Positions 14,301 to 29,300 are shown, counted from the stretch's first letter. The stretch is 64,000 bases of DNA from Phoronis australis (GCA_002633005.1 NMRA01000046.1:1075452-1139451); one strand, 5' to 3'. The notes: a model not told the origin generated them from the letters alone. A program made the numbers and translations.

Positions 14301-17300
14301 TAGTGCCATCCAGTAGGTTGCTCCTTAGCCTATAAAAAGCTGGGCAATACTCAACTATTTGTTAAGGGGTTTCACCGGCAGTACCACACTTGAGATGCAC
14401 TGGGCTCCCCATATGCCCAGTAATGTGTCTTCTGTCGGGCTAGGTTACAGTGGCCCGTCAAAATTGAAAGACGTATCGTATGCCCCATATACGTAGCAAG
14501 ACTCAGACGACTTTTTGAATCTTTTGGTTTGATCATATTGGGAATACTGACTTTCTGTTAGTGACATTGATTTGATACAATATGTGAAGGTGCCATACTA
14601 ATGAGTAACGACATGAATCTACTCATATCATGTTAGTGTATAATTATGTTTTAAGTGCTCTCCTGTAGTACCATAAATAGGTTAAGCAGGAAGGCAAATG
14701 TTCATTGACCTGCTTCAACTAGAATACTGCTGTTTACTGCCCCATACAACAGTACTGCTGTTTACTGCCCCATATAACAATACTGCTGTTTACTGCCCCA
14801 TACAACAATACTGCTGTTTACTGCCCCATACAACAGTACTGCTGTTTACTGCCCCATATAACAATACTGCTGTTTACTGCCCATACAACAATACTGCTGT
14901 TTACTGCCCCATACAACAATACTGCTGTTTACTGCCCCATACAACAATACTGCTGTTTGTTTATGTGTAGCACTTGTCACAGAGAGTGATGTATGGTCAT
15001 GAGTAACTTTAGTTGTTCTATTTACACTTTATTCTTACATCTTTTTTCTGAAAGACCATCGATGTCAGTCCAGTCAAAGACAAAAACTGTACTTCTTAGT
15101 TTGCCATTATTCTTTTTCAGCTTCATCATATGCCACAACTGTTGCACCCCTCAATAGTACCGCCAATCATTCATCAGCTCAGGCTCAAACAAAGTCTTTA
15201 GCAGACTATGTGACACAGGCTGAAGAATGCACAGTGAAGTACATCGATAAAGTGGAGATAGACATAAACAAGACAGCTTATTCTATCAATGTATTGGTTG
15301 ATTTTCTACAAGGGACAGTAAGTTTGTGCTTAAAACTAGACTTTAAATCGGACAAATGTTGGATGTTGTAAAATAGCTATGATGTTGACTATGCTATCTT
15401 TGCTTGTGTGTTTAGAAGATCTAGCAAATTGGTCCTGAGTATGTTGACTTATTTTGAGTAGTTACCAGCATGAAATATGACATTGTTTATTATAAATGTC
15501 TTTCCCACCATGAGAAGGTGTCTAAAGGCTTGATTGAACGTGAGATAAGGCCATGGTACTCTGCACTATTAACCTTGGGTCAAGCTAGTCAAGCCTAAAA
15601 CTGTTTAACTGGCACCCTCTTCAGTAAAAGCACTCTACAAAAATGGAACATTCATGAGGTCTTATGTTGAATTTGGGACAGTTTCCATGTTTGCTTCAAT
15701 ACCACAGCGTTGAGTTTAAGTTCACAAGCATACAACTATTTTTATGATGGTTTTAAAGCTAAGATCAGATGCTCAACCTTTAATAAATTGCTTGCCCTGT
15801 AGGGTTGGATGGAGAGAACTATTTTGTTCTACGGCTTCTACTTCAACAAGACTTACTACAGCGAGGTTGAACAAGGTGAAACTGTCTTCAATATGCCATT
15901 GGCATTTCTACTGTGTACGGGAGCTTACTTCTTTGTCAGCCTCGTCATAATGCTAAATAGGTAACAAGTGTTGTGAATTATGCAAGCTGTTGTCAGTTTG
16001 TGTATTTGGGGAATAGCTCCATTTAAAGCTGGCTTCATATGTTGCCTCATTCTTAGTTTGTTGCATTTCAATGTAGGAATAAACAATTGACATGTGGATT
16101 TAATCCAGTGTTTCTGTGTAAATTGCTAGATCAACTCTTGTGGTTGAAGTCCAGTGACTAACGCAATCAACTGAAGATTACGTTTGAATGCAATAACGTC
16201 TTGAATGAACTAGTTATTTTGTTGTAATCCAAATAATTGTTCTAGAGTACATTTATCAACAGTGCACTATCTTAGTCTAGAACTTACAGCTAGTTTTACA
16301 GTACCTTGAGACGAAACAAGTTTTAATAGTACTTCTGAATAAGACGTTTTTGTTGCATTACAGTCAGTTCAATTAGTGACATGTCTGGATGAACAGTTTG
16401 CCTGCTACTTTAATTTAAAGCTTATTTTTCTGATATCAGCATGGCCAAAGGTTTGACTGAGAGTATCACGAGTACAAGTGACCGCAGTGTTAACTTCTGT
16501 AACAAAGTGTTTTGTGGCTGGGATTATGCACTGAGTGATTTGGCTATGGCCAAGCTGAAGAGAAAGAACTTACGGATTGAACTTGAGGTAAAACTATTAT
16601 AGGAGCTGGCATTGTATTAGCAATGTGTTATGGTAAACTGTATGTTAGAAAAATAAAGTGAGAACACAGAAGTGCAGTATGTCGTAGAATGTGTTGAGGT
16701 GACTATAATCGAAGACACATTAAATTAAGAAAGAACTTTGAGTTAGAAATGAGATGTATCACAATTACCCACTTTCAGTTTTTTGAAGTTCCATGTACGG
16801 ACTCAATCCTGAGTTGATTTTTTCATTAACTTTTGATTAAATTTGATTGATTTTCTGTGTTGTTGTCATTTTGCCAACATGCTATGATTTTTTCAGAGTG
16901 ACCTGGCTGAAGAGAAGAGGAAAGAAGAGAGAAAAAATCGCACAGCCAGTACCAAGGCTCAGCTTTATGCCATTCGCATAGCGATCAATCTGTTGGTGAT
17001 GGCAGTTCTAGGGGGGTCCTTCTACTTGATTGTTTTTGTGACACAACAACAAAGTGTGGTTAGTAGTTCATAGTTGAAGATGCCCTCACCATATTTACAA
17101 TGAGCACGTATACCTTCACCACATTTACAATGAGCACGTCTACCTTCTTCACGTTTACAATTAGCACGTCTACCTTCTTCACATTTACAATGAGCACGTA
17201 TGCTTTCACCATTTTTTTGTTTCCCAGACCCATATAAAACTTAAAATACATACTCCAGGCATGCATTGGAGAAATTGCTAATTTTTATTTGCATGTGTAG

Positions 17301-20300
17301 GTCCAACCACGAAAGAGTGCCTGTGGAGCCATTCGGGAAACAGGGTGCAAGAACACCCTTGTGGGTTCTTTCAGACTTGAATTGCGTGCCACAGGGTACT
17401 TCCATAGCAAATATGGGCAAGATGTCAGTAATTTACAAATTTTGTGTGCGTAAAAATGATAAGACATTTTAAGTTGTTCATTTGTCAGTGAAATTATTCC
17501 TGAACTTTTCCTTGTTTTGCTAGACCTGGATAAACTACTAACAAAATGAATCCTAGGAAAACCAAAAGTTCAGTTCCTTGACCAATTAAAACCCGTAACC
17601 ACCAAACTTTACTCAGAAATTTGATTGGCACTGTATTCTCTTACTTAAGGAAATGGCAACCACCATTCTTTGCTCAAATCCTTTCAAGAAGTACTCATAG
17701 ACTAGAACTATCTAGAGTTGCTGTGGAAGTCCATCTGTCTGTCCAGTTTCCAGCGTCCGCTGCTCTGTCTCCAAAACCCTGTGACTTATGTTCATGAAAT
17801 TTTGTGTTCCTATCATGGATGGGACGGCATGAGCGAACTTTTGGACGTATCTGAGTACCGATGTGCCTCCTAGTGGCAATTTTAGTTTTTTACGTTGTTA
17901 GATATGTTAGGTTTTCCCGCTAGTGGGGGCAGTGTTGAGTTTGATCGGGGAGTTCTAGTTGGTTGGCAAGGGTATTCAGAGAATTCAGATCATGTCTGCT
18001 CACCATCCAAGAAGGACGCGCAACCGCTTTCTCCTCAGACAGCGCTCAGAACATCTGTTGAGATAATACGTATTAAGACAATACTGGAAGCATATGGACA
18101 ATGGTGAAGCTAAACATTACAAAGGAGAACCACGGTGTTATTATTACATGCACAGCGTCCAAAGAAAGACTAAAGTACCTCTCTGCTAACTTGTCTATTA
18201 CACATCTCGTAGCTGCCGGACCGACAGAACTGAAATTTGCAATCTTGGAACCACTTCTCACTCACCTACCTGAACGACGGATGAGACAGCCTTGATTGTT
18301 GAGAACCATAACGTCAGTTGTTTTACTGATCATGTGTATTTTCGTTTATATTACCGTAACATATAAATTGGTGGCTTGTCCGGGATCTGTACTGTAGAAA
18401 AATTTAGACAGTGGGAATAGTTATGAGTTGAGTTAGTTCAGACTGTTAAGGTTAAGAGTTTAGTACAGACTGTTAGAGTCATGAGTTTAATTCATTCTGT
18501 TGGTAGTTTGAGTTCAGTCTGTTAGTGGTGACCCTCTTTTGCCAAGTGCAAGTGTGTGACGTATTCAATAGAAAGTGTATTCAGCATTGTCTTACTGAAT
18601 TGGGTGGTATTGAAGTCGAATTGTGACGGGTGGATTTGAGATATTATGCGCTACCTAGTGGCCATTCTTTCTGTTTTTGAGTATGTTTTTTGGCATCCGC
18701 CCCTCTATCAACCAAACCATTCTAAGAATAATTTTGAAAATTTGCATAAATGTTTTCAGTATGAAGAGGAAGATTGATGGTGATTACTTCAACTAATGTG
18801 GTGCCTCCTAGTGGTAGTTTTGTTTTGTTTTGTTTTGCACCCATAGCTGTATCTCCTAAACCTACTGCAGAATCTAGCAGATTTAGTAAGTGTATTTATA
18901 TGAAGTTATCAGATGACGACTTTCAGATTAGATGGATCCGACGAACGCTGTGCTCCCTAGTGGCAATTTCATTTTTTTCTGTTTCCTTTGTTTCTCTGGA
19001 GTTCCGTGACAGATTTTTGTGAAATTAGTTAAGTAGCTCTCTATTAATGAAACAATGGTATTTTGCCCGATTTCGGATGGATTCGACGTAATTTTCGTGG
19101 GCGCATTTCAACACTCCGCGTTGTCTTGTAGGGAATTTTTTGAATGAGGGTAAATTCTCCCCTGTGGTCACTAAGCTGCCTCTGGTCATCACCAATTCCA
19201 CACTTCCCTCAACACAGACCCTGGTCGTCACCCCTCATTGCCTAAAGTAGCCAGAACTATTATGTTTCAGCTGATTCCAAAGGAGTGCCTTATACTTTGC
19301 TTAGATTACACCAACCATCAATTCTGTGTCTTTCCTTAGAATTGTACTAGCCTAAGTTGTAGGGTGTCGAGTAAATGAATGCTATGAATTACTTTCTGTT
19401 CTCAATATGATATGATCACCCCAAAACTTACAATAAACTGAACCAGATTGTGTTCTCCACAGCAAAGTATGAGTATGAACAAGGTAGAGTCCCAGGTCAA
19501 GTGTAGGCCTTTTCTTCACTTGATGAAACCTTATGATTCAGGTGGTATGTTTGAGTTGAAGTGACTCTAATCTTTGAGCTTTTTTATCATTTGAAGGGAA
19601 TTATTGGATCAGGAGTGGGGAATTTTTTGAATTTCAAATGTTTTCCAAAGGGAATGAAGGTTCAACATGCACGTATTGAGGTCTCATGCACGTATTGAGG
19701 TCTCATGCACGTATTGAGGTCTCATGCACGTATTGAGGTCTCATGCACGTATTGAGGTCTCATGCATGTATTGAGGTCTGTAGGGGCTTGAGTGTCAAAA
19801 CATTTGATGGATTGAATTTGCAAACATGACTTTAGAAAATTTTATGAATTTCATAACTTTGTGCTTTGTAGAGGATACTGAATTAACAAACTAATTATTC
19901 AATTGTAATGTGCATCTGCTGTGGTTATTTCTATAGGAATACCAATAGATTATTATTTGCTTGCTGTTTCTTTCAGTTGCTTAAAGATGTATCGGATGAA
20001 TTCCTCACCTTGCTTGTACAGTTCTTACCATCTTTGACCATCACAGTTCTCTACTTTATTCTGCCTCTTGGATTTGAATTTTTGATCCAATATGAACAGT
20101 ACAGCCCTGAATTTGAGATTGAGATTTCGCTCTTCAGGTAGGATGTTGTTATTGCTTGCTGTTGGCATTGATAATTAAGGTTTACGTAGAACAAAAGTAA
20201 ACTCTGCAACTGAACTGATTTTGAACTGTTTCGTCTATGGAGGTCTTAACTCTGTCACTAGGTGGCGATAGTATTCCGTCCATGAGTCTGTTCACATAGA

Positions 20301-23300
20301 ACTGCCAAGTAGCATATAATGGAAATGGATGACATTTCAAGAGTGCACTAAAAATAGTTTAGTAAAGATACAGTTTATGAGAAGTTGCTAAAGCAGAACT
20401 GGTTGCTTGACATTGTTTTTGATGTCCGATCTTACAAGATAGTGTCATTCTTTTTTCATTTGGAAATACCGTATCTGGTTCCATGTGATTTGGAGATAAT
20501 CTGACTGGATCTAAGTAAAATATGCATTAGCATTGGATTATGGCGTAAATGGGTCTGCACTTTCTAGCCCAAAAAATTACCCACCTTTACGTACATTTGG
20601 CTGGAATTGTGTTGTTTCACAAGCCATTCTTATAATTCTTTTGTGAGTTTCTGTGTCCAATTCTTTTGTGTCGAGATATTTGAATTATAACTCTCTTATC
20701 AATGTTTCTGTTTTGTAACTAAGTGATTATGTGTAGTAATCACCTCACCTCTTAGGCCCATGCTCTGCTTTTGTTCCAGGATTGTGTTTGTGCGCCTTGC
20801 ATCACTCGCTGTTCTCATAATAACAGCCTATGTGGAGATTGGCGGTGAAAAGTGTGGTGATGCACAAGAACAAAAAACGTGTGGCAACTGTCCGTCAGTG
20901 AACACCGGGGTGAGTGTAAGGCACAGTTTGCCACTATGCTTGGTTGTTTTGTAAACCTACCTAGACAATGGCCTAGGAAAGCAAGATGGATTTGTTTTTC
21001 TTTTTAATATAGTCACAAAATATGAAATTTGAGCTTTTTAAATCATGCTGTGAACATTCCCATTAAACAAGATGACGTCACAACCCCACTGATCAGGGAA
21101 AACCGTGGGGTTTGGCCGATTGAACTAGATCGTATTTATCCACCTTGGCTGCGTTGCACTCGGCTCACGATCAAAGGGATCCCTCCTAGCTGTTCTCTTC
21201 ATCAAGTCACAAGCGAGGATAATTGGCTTCGCTCATGCGGATACGATCAGCTGATTACAATCTAGCCTAAATGACTGTACTTTTTAGGAAGAGCGTTTTA
21301 GGTTGTTTTGAGTGTAATTTGAAAAGAGGAGAGAAAAAAACGTTGGTACAACTTTGAATTTTTAAAATCGGTCCAGAATAAGAGATTTAGCAACACAGCA
21401 ACACTCAAGATTACTTTCATTCGGCACGCGCGAATACAAAAATATAGGACCCGTTATTTAGATTTTGGAACACATGCTTTGCAATATTCAAAATACGTTT
21501 ATTATAGCTCTTCCAAGATGTAAAACGATGTTGTTCAATTTCATTGTGGTCATTCATTGCTGGCTGACTATAGGTACCACTGTGTTAGACCCAGAAATTT
21601 CACACAGCCCGGGTAGCTCACCTCTTCCCCAACATGTAGATCGAGCTTAGGACCATTAATCTTTTACTCCACGGCAGAGGTAACGACCGTCGGCCTGTGC
21701 ACACAAAATGTGTGAGTTAACTGGCACTTACCTTGCACGTTGCAGCCGTTTAAGTGAAATACAATCTAATAAATGCCATTTTCTTGCATAATCTTCCGCC
21801 TTTTGTAACAAAAGTCTGTCGTCAATGACCTGCAGGTGCTCTCACTCTCATACGCAGACGAACTTCAAAACGAACGTCACGTGGAAACGACATGTGTGTT
21901 CATCCAGAGATTTTTCTTGTGTTCTGGGGTATGATGTAGTGCAGATTTGGACTTAATCGCAATTAATCTGGACTCCACATTAACTTAAAAAAATGTAAAA
22001 CATGAGGATTTCAAGTAATTTGTTGTGTCGAAACTGTATTTTTATTCAAGAATTCAAGTTTTCCTGTCGACGATCGCGATTCAGTGACATATCAGTTGGC
22101 AAGTTTTCGCCCTGGGATTTCAGCACAATTTTTGAAAAATGATCGTAATTTAACTACGGAGTTTGATAGCAATGCACCACAATTTTGTAGAAAGACTGTC
22201 ATAGGCTACAAATACGTCACAGAGCATAAATTTAATAAATCCTAGCTTCCGATTTTACCCATTTCGGAAACCGGGTTTCTGAACTGCCTTAGGCTACAAT
22301 AAACGTCCACTCCCCGTGAAATAAATTTTTGTAAGCGCCCGGTATACAGCTTTCCACCAAGGCTAGGTGATGCTACGACATATGCTTTGTTGCTTGTACG
22401 GATTGTTGCCAATTTTTTATTGTTTCCATAGCATAATGATGGCGGAAATGAAAACTTTGCATATTTGAATTTTAATGTTTGCATAATCCAGAAAATCAGA
22501 GGTCGGTAAACAAAGTTTTTTAAAACACTTTCGGTGAAAAACTAGCAGAAGATGCCCACTCTTTCAAAATTGCCATGAAGGTATTAACTATTCCATGCAG
22601 CGTTATTTAACTGGTCTTGGTTAACTATCATTTTATGGCCTGGTCATCCATTCAGCCAAAAGTAGTTCCATAGGTGGCTTATCAGCCAATTATTCATGCA
22701 TGATGACTCACAATAGAAGCCTGAAAAGATTGAAAGTGGATAAATGCAGTGTTCCTACAGTTTCTTGTGGTAGTGGATGTGTTCACGACATGATAAAGTT
22801 ACATTTCTGAAACTCTGCATCTTGGTTTATCCTTTAGAAGGTGAACAGTTGTCCATTAAATGTAATTTTACTCTGACTTTCTCCTAGAGTTACCGTAATC
22901 GTTCGGATTAACGCCCTGGGCGGTTAAATTGGCGAATCCAAAAAATCGGGGGAGTGCGGTTAACCGAGCAGTGGGCGGTTAAATCGAAAATCCACCTAAA
23001 GTAGGGGATGGGCGGTTAACCGAACATGGGCGCTTATTACGACAGACAACCTCCCTGGGTGGTTAATCTTACCTGGTGATCTAAATCCCGACACGACAAT
23101 CATACTCGGAACGCGTAGCCCTTTTCAAAGAGCTTTATCGTCACGTCGCCAAATGATTGTGAAAACATCATAACAGCGCATGATCCCAACAAAGGTTCTC
23201 TTGCCCTCAGATTAGTCATTCACTATTAAATTTACAAAATTGCTGAGTAATAGTCCTGTGCCGTCCTGCGGTGCGCAGACGACCAGTGACCTCGCAGCCT

Positions 23301-26300
23301 CCACTAGAATTAAAACTGTTTCAAGATGTGACCCTGCTTAAGTGCGCGCGTGCAAGCTTCACGTGTTGCAGAGGTCAGACATCAAATTTATGGTTATAGC
23401 CTTGTACTATATGTAGCTGTCAAGTTCCGACTCAGAGAGCAGTTTTAAAATTGGTTGTACTAAAAGTTTGAAAAACTTAACTCTGTTGTTTTTTGTGTTT
23501 GGGATGTTATAGTCGACACTCCGTGACTCAATGACATTTTCTGCGTATGGTTCTGCGGCTAGCTGTCTTATCTCGACAGCCCGGCATTGCTCTCTTGCCG
23601 TTGCGCCAAGCATGCTATGCAAAGAAGTGAGACAAGGATCGGGGGTGGTCGAGCCAGTCGTCGATCAAGAATAAAATTTCAAGCAACTGCATAAATATGT
23701 TAAAAAATGTCAGAAAACAGTAATGTTTCAATTCATTAATCTAAACGATCACCTTACCAAACTTCGTGGTGGAAAAACATTTATTTTTCATGGAAGATGT
23801 CCAGATTATCCTATTTATAACACTTGTAATATCGCACTGCGGCACTGTTTGGTCCCGCTGTTATCAGTCGGCTGACAATCGTGACTTGGAAATGCCGTCA
23901 AGTAATATAACGGCCTTTTTCAATATGCATCTCGTTTTTTATGGCCAAAGATAGTGGCGGTATTCAGCACGCACGTAGGGCCTACGTGTGAGTCACCTGT
24001 CAATCACATGTTGGTGTCAAGGTAACATGCACTCCAAAGTGTGGGAACTTGCGCACGTGCACCACTACAAATCAGTCACACATAGCAACAGTCCGAAGTA
24101 ACAAAAACGGGCGTGACTATGTGCTTTTAAGCTGTTGTTACGAAAGACCCAGTTCTTTACGATATTCCTCCGTTGCCAATGTTCCCCAAAACTGCGATGT
24201 CAAGTCTATTCCCATATTTCCTGGCTCGATGCTCCCTAAGCCCATCCCTGTAACTAGCTGTGTGAATCTCCTACCCACTATAGTCAAGCAGACTACGTCG
24301 TAGATATTTCAGACTCGAATGGTAACAATTTTTGTTCAGGCTGAAAATGGCCAATGTATAAACAAAGTTATTCTGGATGGCTAAAAAGGGGATATAGAAA
24401 CGATTTTTCACAGTCACGTTTACGTGCAGGCTGACGCAAGAATAGTAAAGAACAGCCAGCGACATTAGTTAAATCTGCTAACCAGTTTGACTGCGATGCA
24501 ATAAGCGAAAAACAAAATTTGACTAGCCGTTTTTTTATTACTTCAAGATCATACACAAACATACATTATTGTCAACCTTTGAATTCAGAAATCGACAGGC
24601 AGCAACGAAATCGGTAACCCAGTAAGGCACTTGTACTGTCCCTTCGGTCGCCCCACATCCTCTATAACCCGGCAGTTATATTCATCAAAATATTGAGAAT
24701 TTTACATCTTTCCGTGAGTTGTGATATTTGTTCAAAATACGAGAGCTTCCCACCTTAATAGAATTTGGAGGGTTGGCAAAACCATTGTCACATTTCTCTG
24801 GCCTGATTTTTTCGAATATATGTGTTATCTAGTGCACTGCAGACAGAAGCTCAGCGCGGCAGACAAAGTCGCTGAAAGCGGAGGTTTTGACGCCGGCGGC
24901 ATTCTTAAACTTTGCAAACAAGGGAAGAAAATAAAGTGACAAAAAGGTTCAAGTATTATATTTTGAAGTGAGTTCATGACCCAAGACAACTCGTTACTTG
25001 TATTGTAATTCAGATTGCTAAACCACCGTCTCGGAGTCCCGGAGTCGCTGCACTCATTGTGATCGTCGATCTTTTTCTAAAAGTCGGGGAATCGCGCGTT
25101 TCCTTAGCACTAGGCGCTAAATCTTTATTCTTTAAAAGTCGGGGATGGGCGCTTAACCGAGAGGTGGGCGCTTAGCTGGAAATCTTCAAAAATCGCAGGG
25201 GGCGCTTAACCGAGCAGTGGGCGGTTAAATCGAAAATCCACTTAAAGTCGGGGATAGGCGGTTAACTGAGCATGGGCGTTAACCCGAACGATTACGGTAT
25301 GTTAGGGTACATCTCCCATAGTTATGTTGGGGGACATCTCCCCTAGTTATGTTGGGGGACATCTCCCATAGTTATGTTGGGNCATCTCCCGTTGTCATGC
25401 CAGAGTACATCTGCCATGTTAGAGTGTTTTCTTGCGAAGCTTAGTGTTGGTTGTCCAGTTGTCCTTTTGATATGACTTCTCAAACATTTTTGAAACCTAA
25501 CACAAGTAAGATATCTTTCAACCTTTTAGTGGTTCTATGTGTGTATTTTATGCAGGGCGTTGGATACCCTTCGTTTTCACTATGGCACATTGGTCTTTAT
25601 TTATGCATCTGAAAAAGACATTCCAAGGCCATTTGCGATGCCACTAGTGTGTGTGTTGCCATGATCCATCTCAGCACTTCATTGTTGTAGTGCCTCTGAA
25701 CATGAAGTTACTGCAGCATTCATCATTTTGATTTGCAGTCATGCAATGAGTTGTAGTGCAGACATTAAGAAACAGGGCAAGGTGGAAAATATTTGTGGTT
25801 GTGCGTCATCATTTTTTTGATTGTCACATTCAGCTCTGACTGATGACTTGAAATGTGTGACATTTGGAGAATTTGGTCAGTCGTACTGTGCATGTTCTTT
25901 ACGCTGTGAAATAGAACCTCTTGGGGGATGTGTCTGGTCAAGGCTTTTTGTTGCTCTAGGTTTTGATTGAATGAAATATGAAGGAAATTTTGCTGTAATC
26001 AAACGCTTCCTTAAAGCCATGACATATTTTCTGGTGTAAAAAACTTTCTTCTTAGGCGTCATGTTTGAATAGATTTTTTTTCCAATAAAAGTCAAGGAAT
26101 TCCCTTGATGGACAAACTACTTGGGCAGCTGAGGTGAACCCACTGCGACGTTCAAATTTGATTAGCCTGTTCACAATCAGTAATGAAAAATCAGTTCTTC
26201 CCAAAGCTAGAAATGATGTCTATACACCCACATTTGGTTGCTTAGTGCTGCATAATGTTGTCATATTGTTTAGTTGGTCGATTGTGTGCTTCATATCTCA

Positions 26301-29300
26301 AAAACACCTTTCCTGATTTTTATGAAATTTGTCACACGGATATGTGATGCTACTAGGGTGGCACATGTCACTGTACAATCTGCCCTGCTAGCAGAGGTCA
26401 GTTTTTGAACAGATTCAAACACAACAACACTCTTAGTGGCCATTTTAGTTTCGACAAGCAGATAGTTAAGTACTTTTGAGTGGAAGAACATTTACAGATG
26501 ATATCTACAGAACTAATTAAAGAATTTCTAAAAAACTTATCACATTGAAATTCGACAGCGATCTGTTACCACGGGATGATTTTTAGATGGATTCGGCTAC
26601 CTCAGCAGGGGACTGTTTCAGTATTTTTTGGGAAGAGTTTGCGGAAAATACCTAGAGAACCATATGACATGCTGCTACTATGTGATGGCAATGTGCCAGC
26701 ACCTGTCAATTTTTGGGCGGATGTGTCTGCGGCATTCCGGAGTAGCCATTGGAGCTTTACTTTTTAACGCAAATAGCAATTCCAGATGATATTCAGTGTA
26801 CTGTTTGATGGATTTCAGTGAGACAGATCTGTATGACGGCATTGCCTCAGTGAATTTGTGGAGTCATTTTTTATTCTGCCTCACCAGGAGGCACTGATTT
26901 TCAAACTTCAATGAAACTTTATACAATGGCTTGTGGTGGCAATCAGACGGCACCAGTTGATTCAGCTTCTCCAGCACCCCTTAGTGGTCATGTTGTCTGA
27001 TTTTGTAGCTGTCAGCTTGATATTTCAAACGTACCCTGGCAGATTCTTTTAAAATTATAGTATCGTGTTGTGGCAGAATGTGATGTATGTTGTCATTAAA
27101 ATTACTAAATTTTGAATGTTTCAGTGCTGGGAGACCTACATATTTAGAATGTTTCAGTGCTGGGAGACCTACATATTTTGAATGTTTCAGTGCTGGGAGA
27201 CCTACATATTTTGAATGTCTCAGTGCTGGGAGACCTACAAATTTTGAATGTTTCAGTGCTGGGAGACCTACATTGGCCAGCAAATCTACAAGTTGGTTAT
27301 ACTGGACTTTCTGGTTCACGTTGGTGTCACCATTGTTGAGTTAATTCGCAAGTAAGTTTGACTCATGCACGATATAATAAACTAACTAAGCCACTGTCAC
27401 CTAGGTACTTAACTATGTTATGTTGATTTCAAACAATCCTCTTTGTCCTCTGCTAATCCACTGGCATCTCATTTGAGTGAGTGATAAAAATAGGATTCAA
27501 CTTAAAGCTTTTCACTGTGTCACGGAGTGAATGTTATAGTTCATGGTGGGTGGTCTTTCCTTGCAGTTGTCACCTATCTCACCGAAAGTGTAGGCCACCT
27601 CTACAGATTTAGCAAACTTTTTAAGGAATTTTCAACTTTGATCCAAATTTATGAGTCTTGACGAGGGTTACAGAGCATTGTTTTGTGAAAGTCATTCTTA
27701 ATGGCTATTAATAGGGCAAAGTCATTCTTAATGGCTATTAATAGGGCAAAGTCATTCTTAATGGCTATTAATAGGGCAAAGTCATTCTTAACGGCTATTA
27801 ATAGGGCAAAGTCATTCTTAACGGCTATTAATAGGGCAAAGTCATTCTTAATGGTTATTAATAGGGCAAAGTCATTCTTAATGGCTATTAATAGGGCAAA
27901 GTTGATTTTTCAGTATGACAAATTATTAGCAGGAGTATTAAAAACCATAAAACATGAATGTTTAACCATTTATACATGTTGAGTAGTAGCATAAATGCTA
28001 AATATGTTGGTGTTACGATGTCCCTTCAAAAAATAAATTTTAGGGCAGTGTTGAGGACTCAAGTTAATATATGTATTGTTCTTAAAAGGATGTACATTAC
28101 GACTCTAGTGAACATGTATTATTTTTAAAGCATGTACTTTACGTGGTTATGGTATAGCTAATAAGTTAAAGGGTTTTTTTGCTGGATGCTGATTTCTCTC
28201 TCACTAATATTTTCAGAATTGTTTGAAAAATAATGAGATGTTTAAGTCGAAACATGTTTTGATGTGTCCAACATACGTCCCCAGAAACAAAAGAAGGTCA
28301 TTTAATAGGCCAGAACAGTGTGGAGTGTGCTATATGCAGTGTAATGTCGCATGAAGAGAGAAGGGAAGAAATGTCTTTACTCGAACACTATTTTATTGCA
28401 TACTGACTTACTACTGTGCAACAACATGTTTTTGCAATACATAAGACCAGATGATTATGAGTTGCATTTCATAGAACTGTGTGGCAAGAGTTATATAAGA
28501 AACCATTCTAATTAATTGTGCCATATAAGGTATGTAGTTCCAGTACAAATCACAATTATATACTATTACATACAGCATCGTAGTAAGAGGCCATCTAACA
28601 AGGCCAGAGAAGAGTGAGAGAGAGAGCTATATACGGCATCTTAGAGGCCATGTAACAAGGCCAGAGAAGAGTGTGTGAGAGAGAGCTATATACAGCATCA
28701 AAATAAGACACCATGTACCAAGCAAGTTCAGACAAGAGTATGAGAGTGTGCTATATACAGCAACATAGTAAAAGGCCGTCTAACAAGGCCAGAACTGTGC
28801 GAGAGTGAGCTGTATACAGCATCGTAGTAAGAGGTCATCTGACAAGGACAGAGAAGAGATAGTGAGAGTGACCTATATACACCATCATAGTAAGAGGCCA
28901 AAGGCTAGAACAGTGGAGAGTGAGCTATGTACACCATCATAGTAAGAGGCCAAAGGCTAGAACAGTGTGAGAGTGAGCTATGTACAGCATCATAGTAAGA
29001 GGGCCAAGGCCAGAACAGTGAGAGAGCTTTATACAGCATCAAAGTAAGAGGCCATATACCAAGGCAAGACAAGAGTATGAGAGCGTGGTATATACAGCAT
29101 CGTAGTAAAAGGCCATGTAACAAGGCCAGAACTGTGCGAGAGTGAGCTGTATACAGCATCGCAGTAAAAGGTCATCTGACAAGGCCAGAGAAGAGAAAGA
29201 GTGAGCTATATACACCATCATAATAAGAGGCCAAAGGCCAGAACAGTGTGAGAGTGAGCTGTGTACAGCATGGTAGTAAGAGGCCAAAGGCCAGAATAGT

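Noticed and set aside
27087-27344. ORF-track peptides FECFSAGRPTY / HSKYVGLPALK repeats
   Set aside because: Off-frame or antisense readings of the 33-bp array; the real frame is CWETY.
27688-27902. CRISPR-like appearance of short direct-repeat arrays (also 14723, 19666, 35716)
   Set aside because: Head-to-tail units with no unique spacers, no cas genes, and a eukaryotic intron context.
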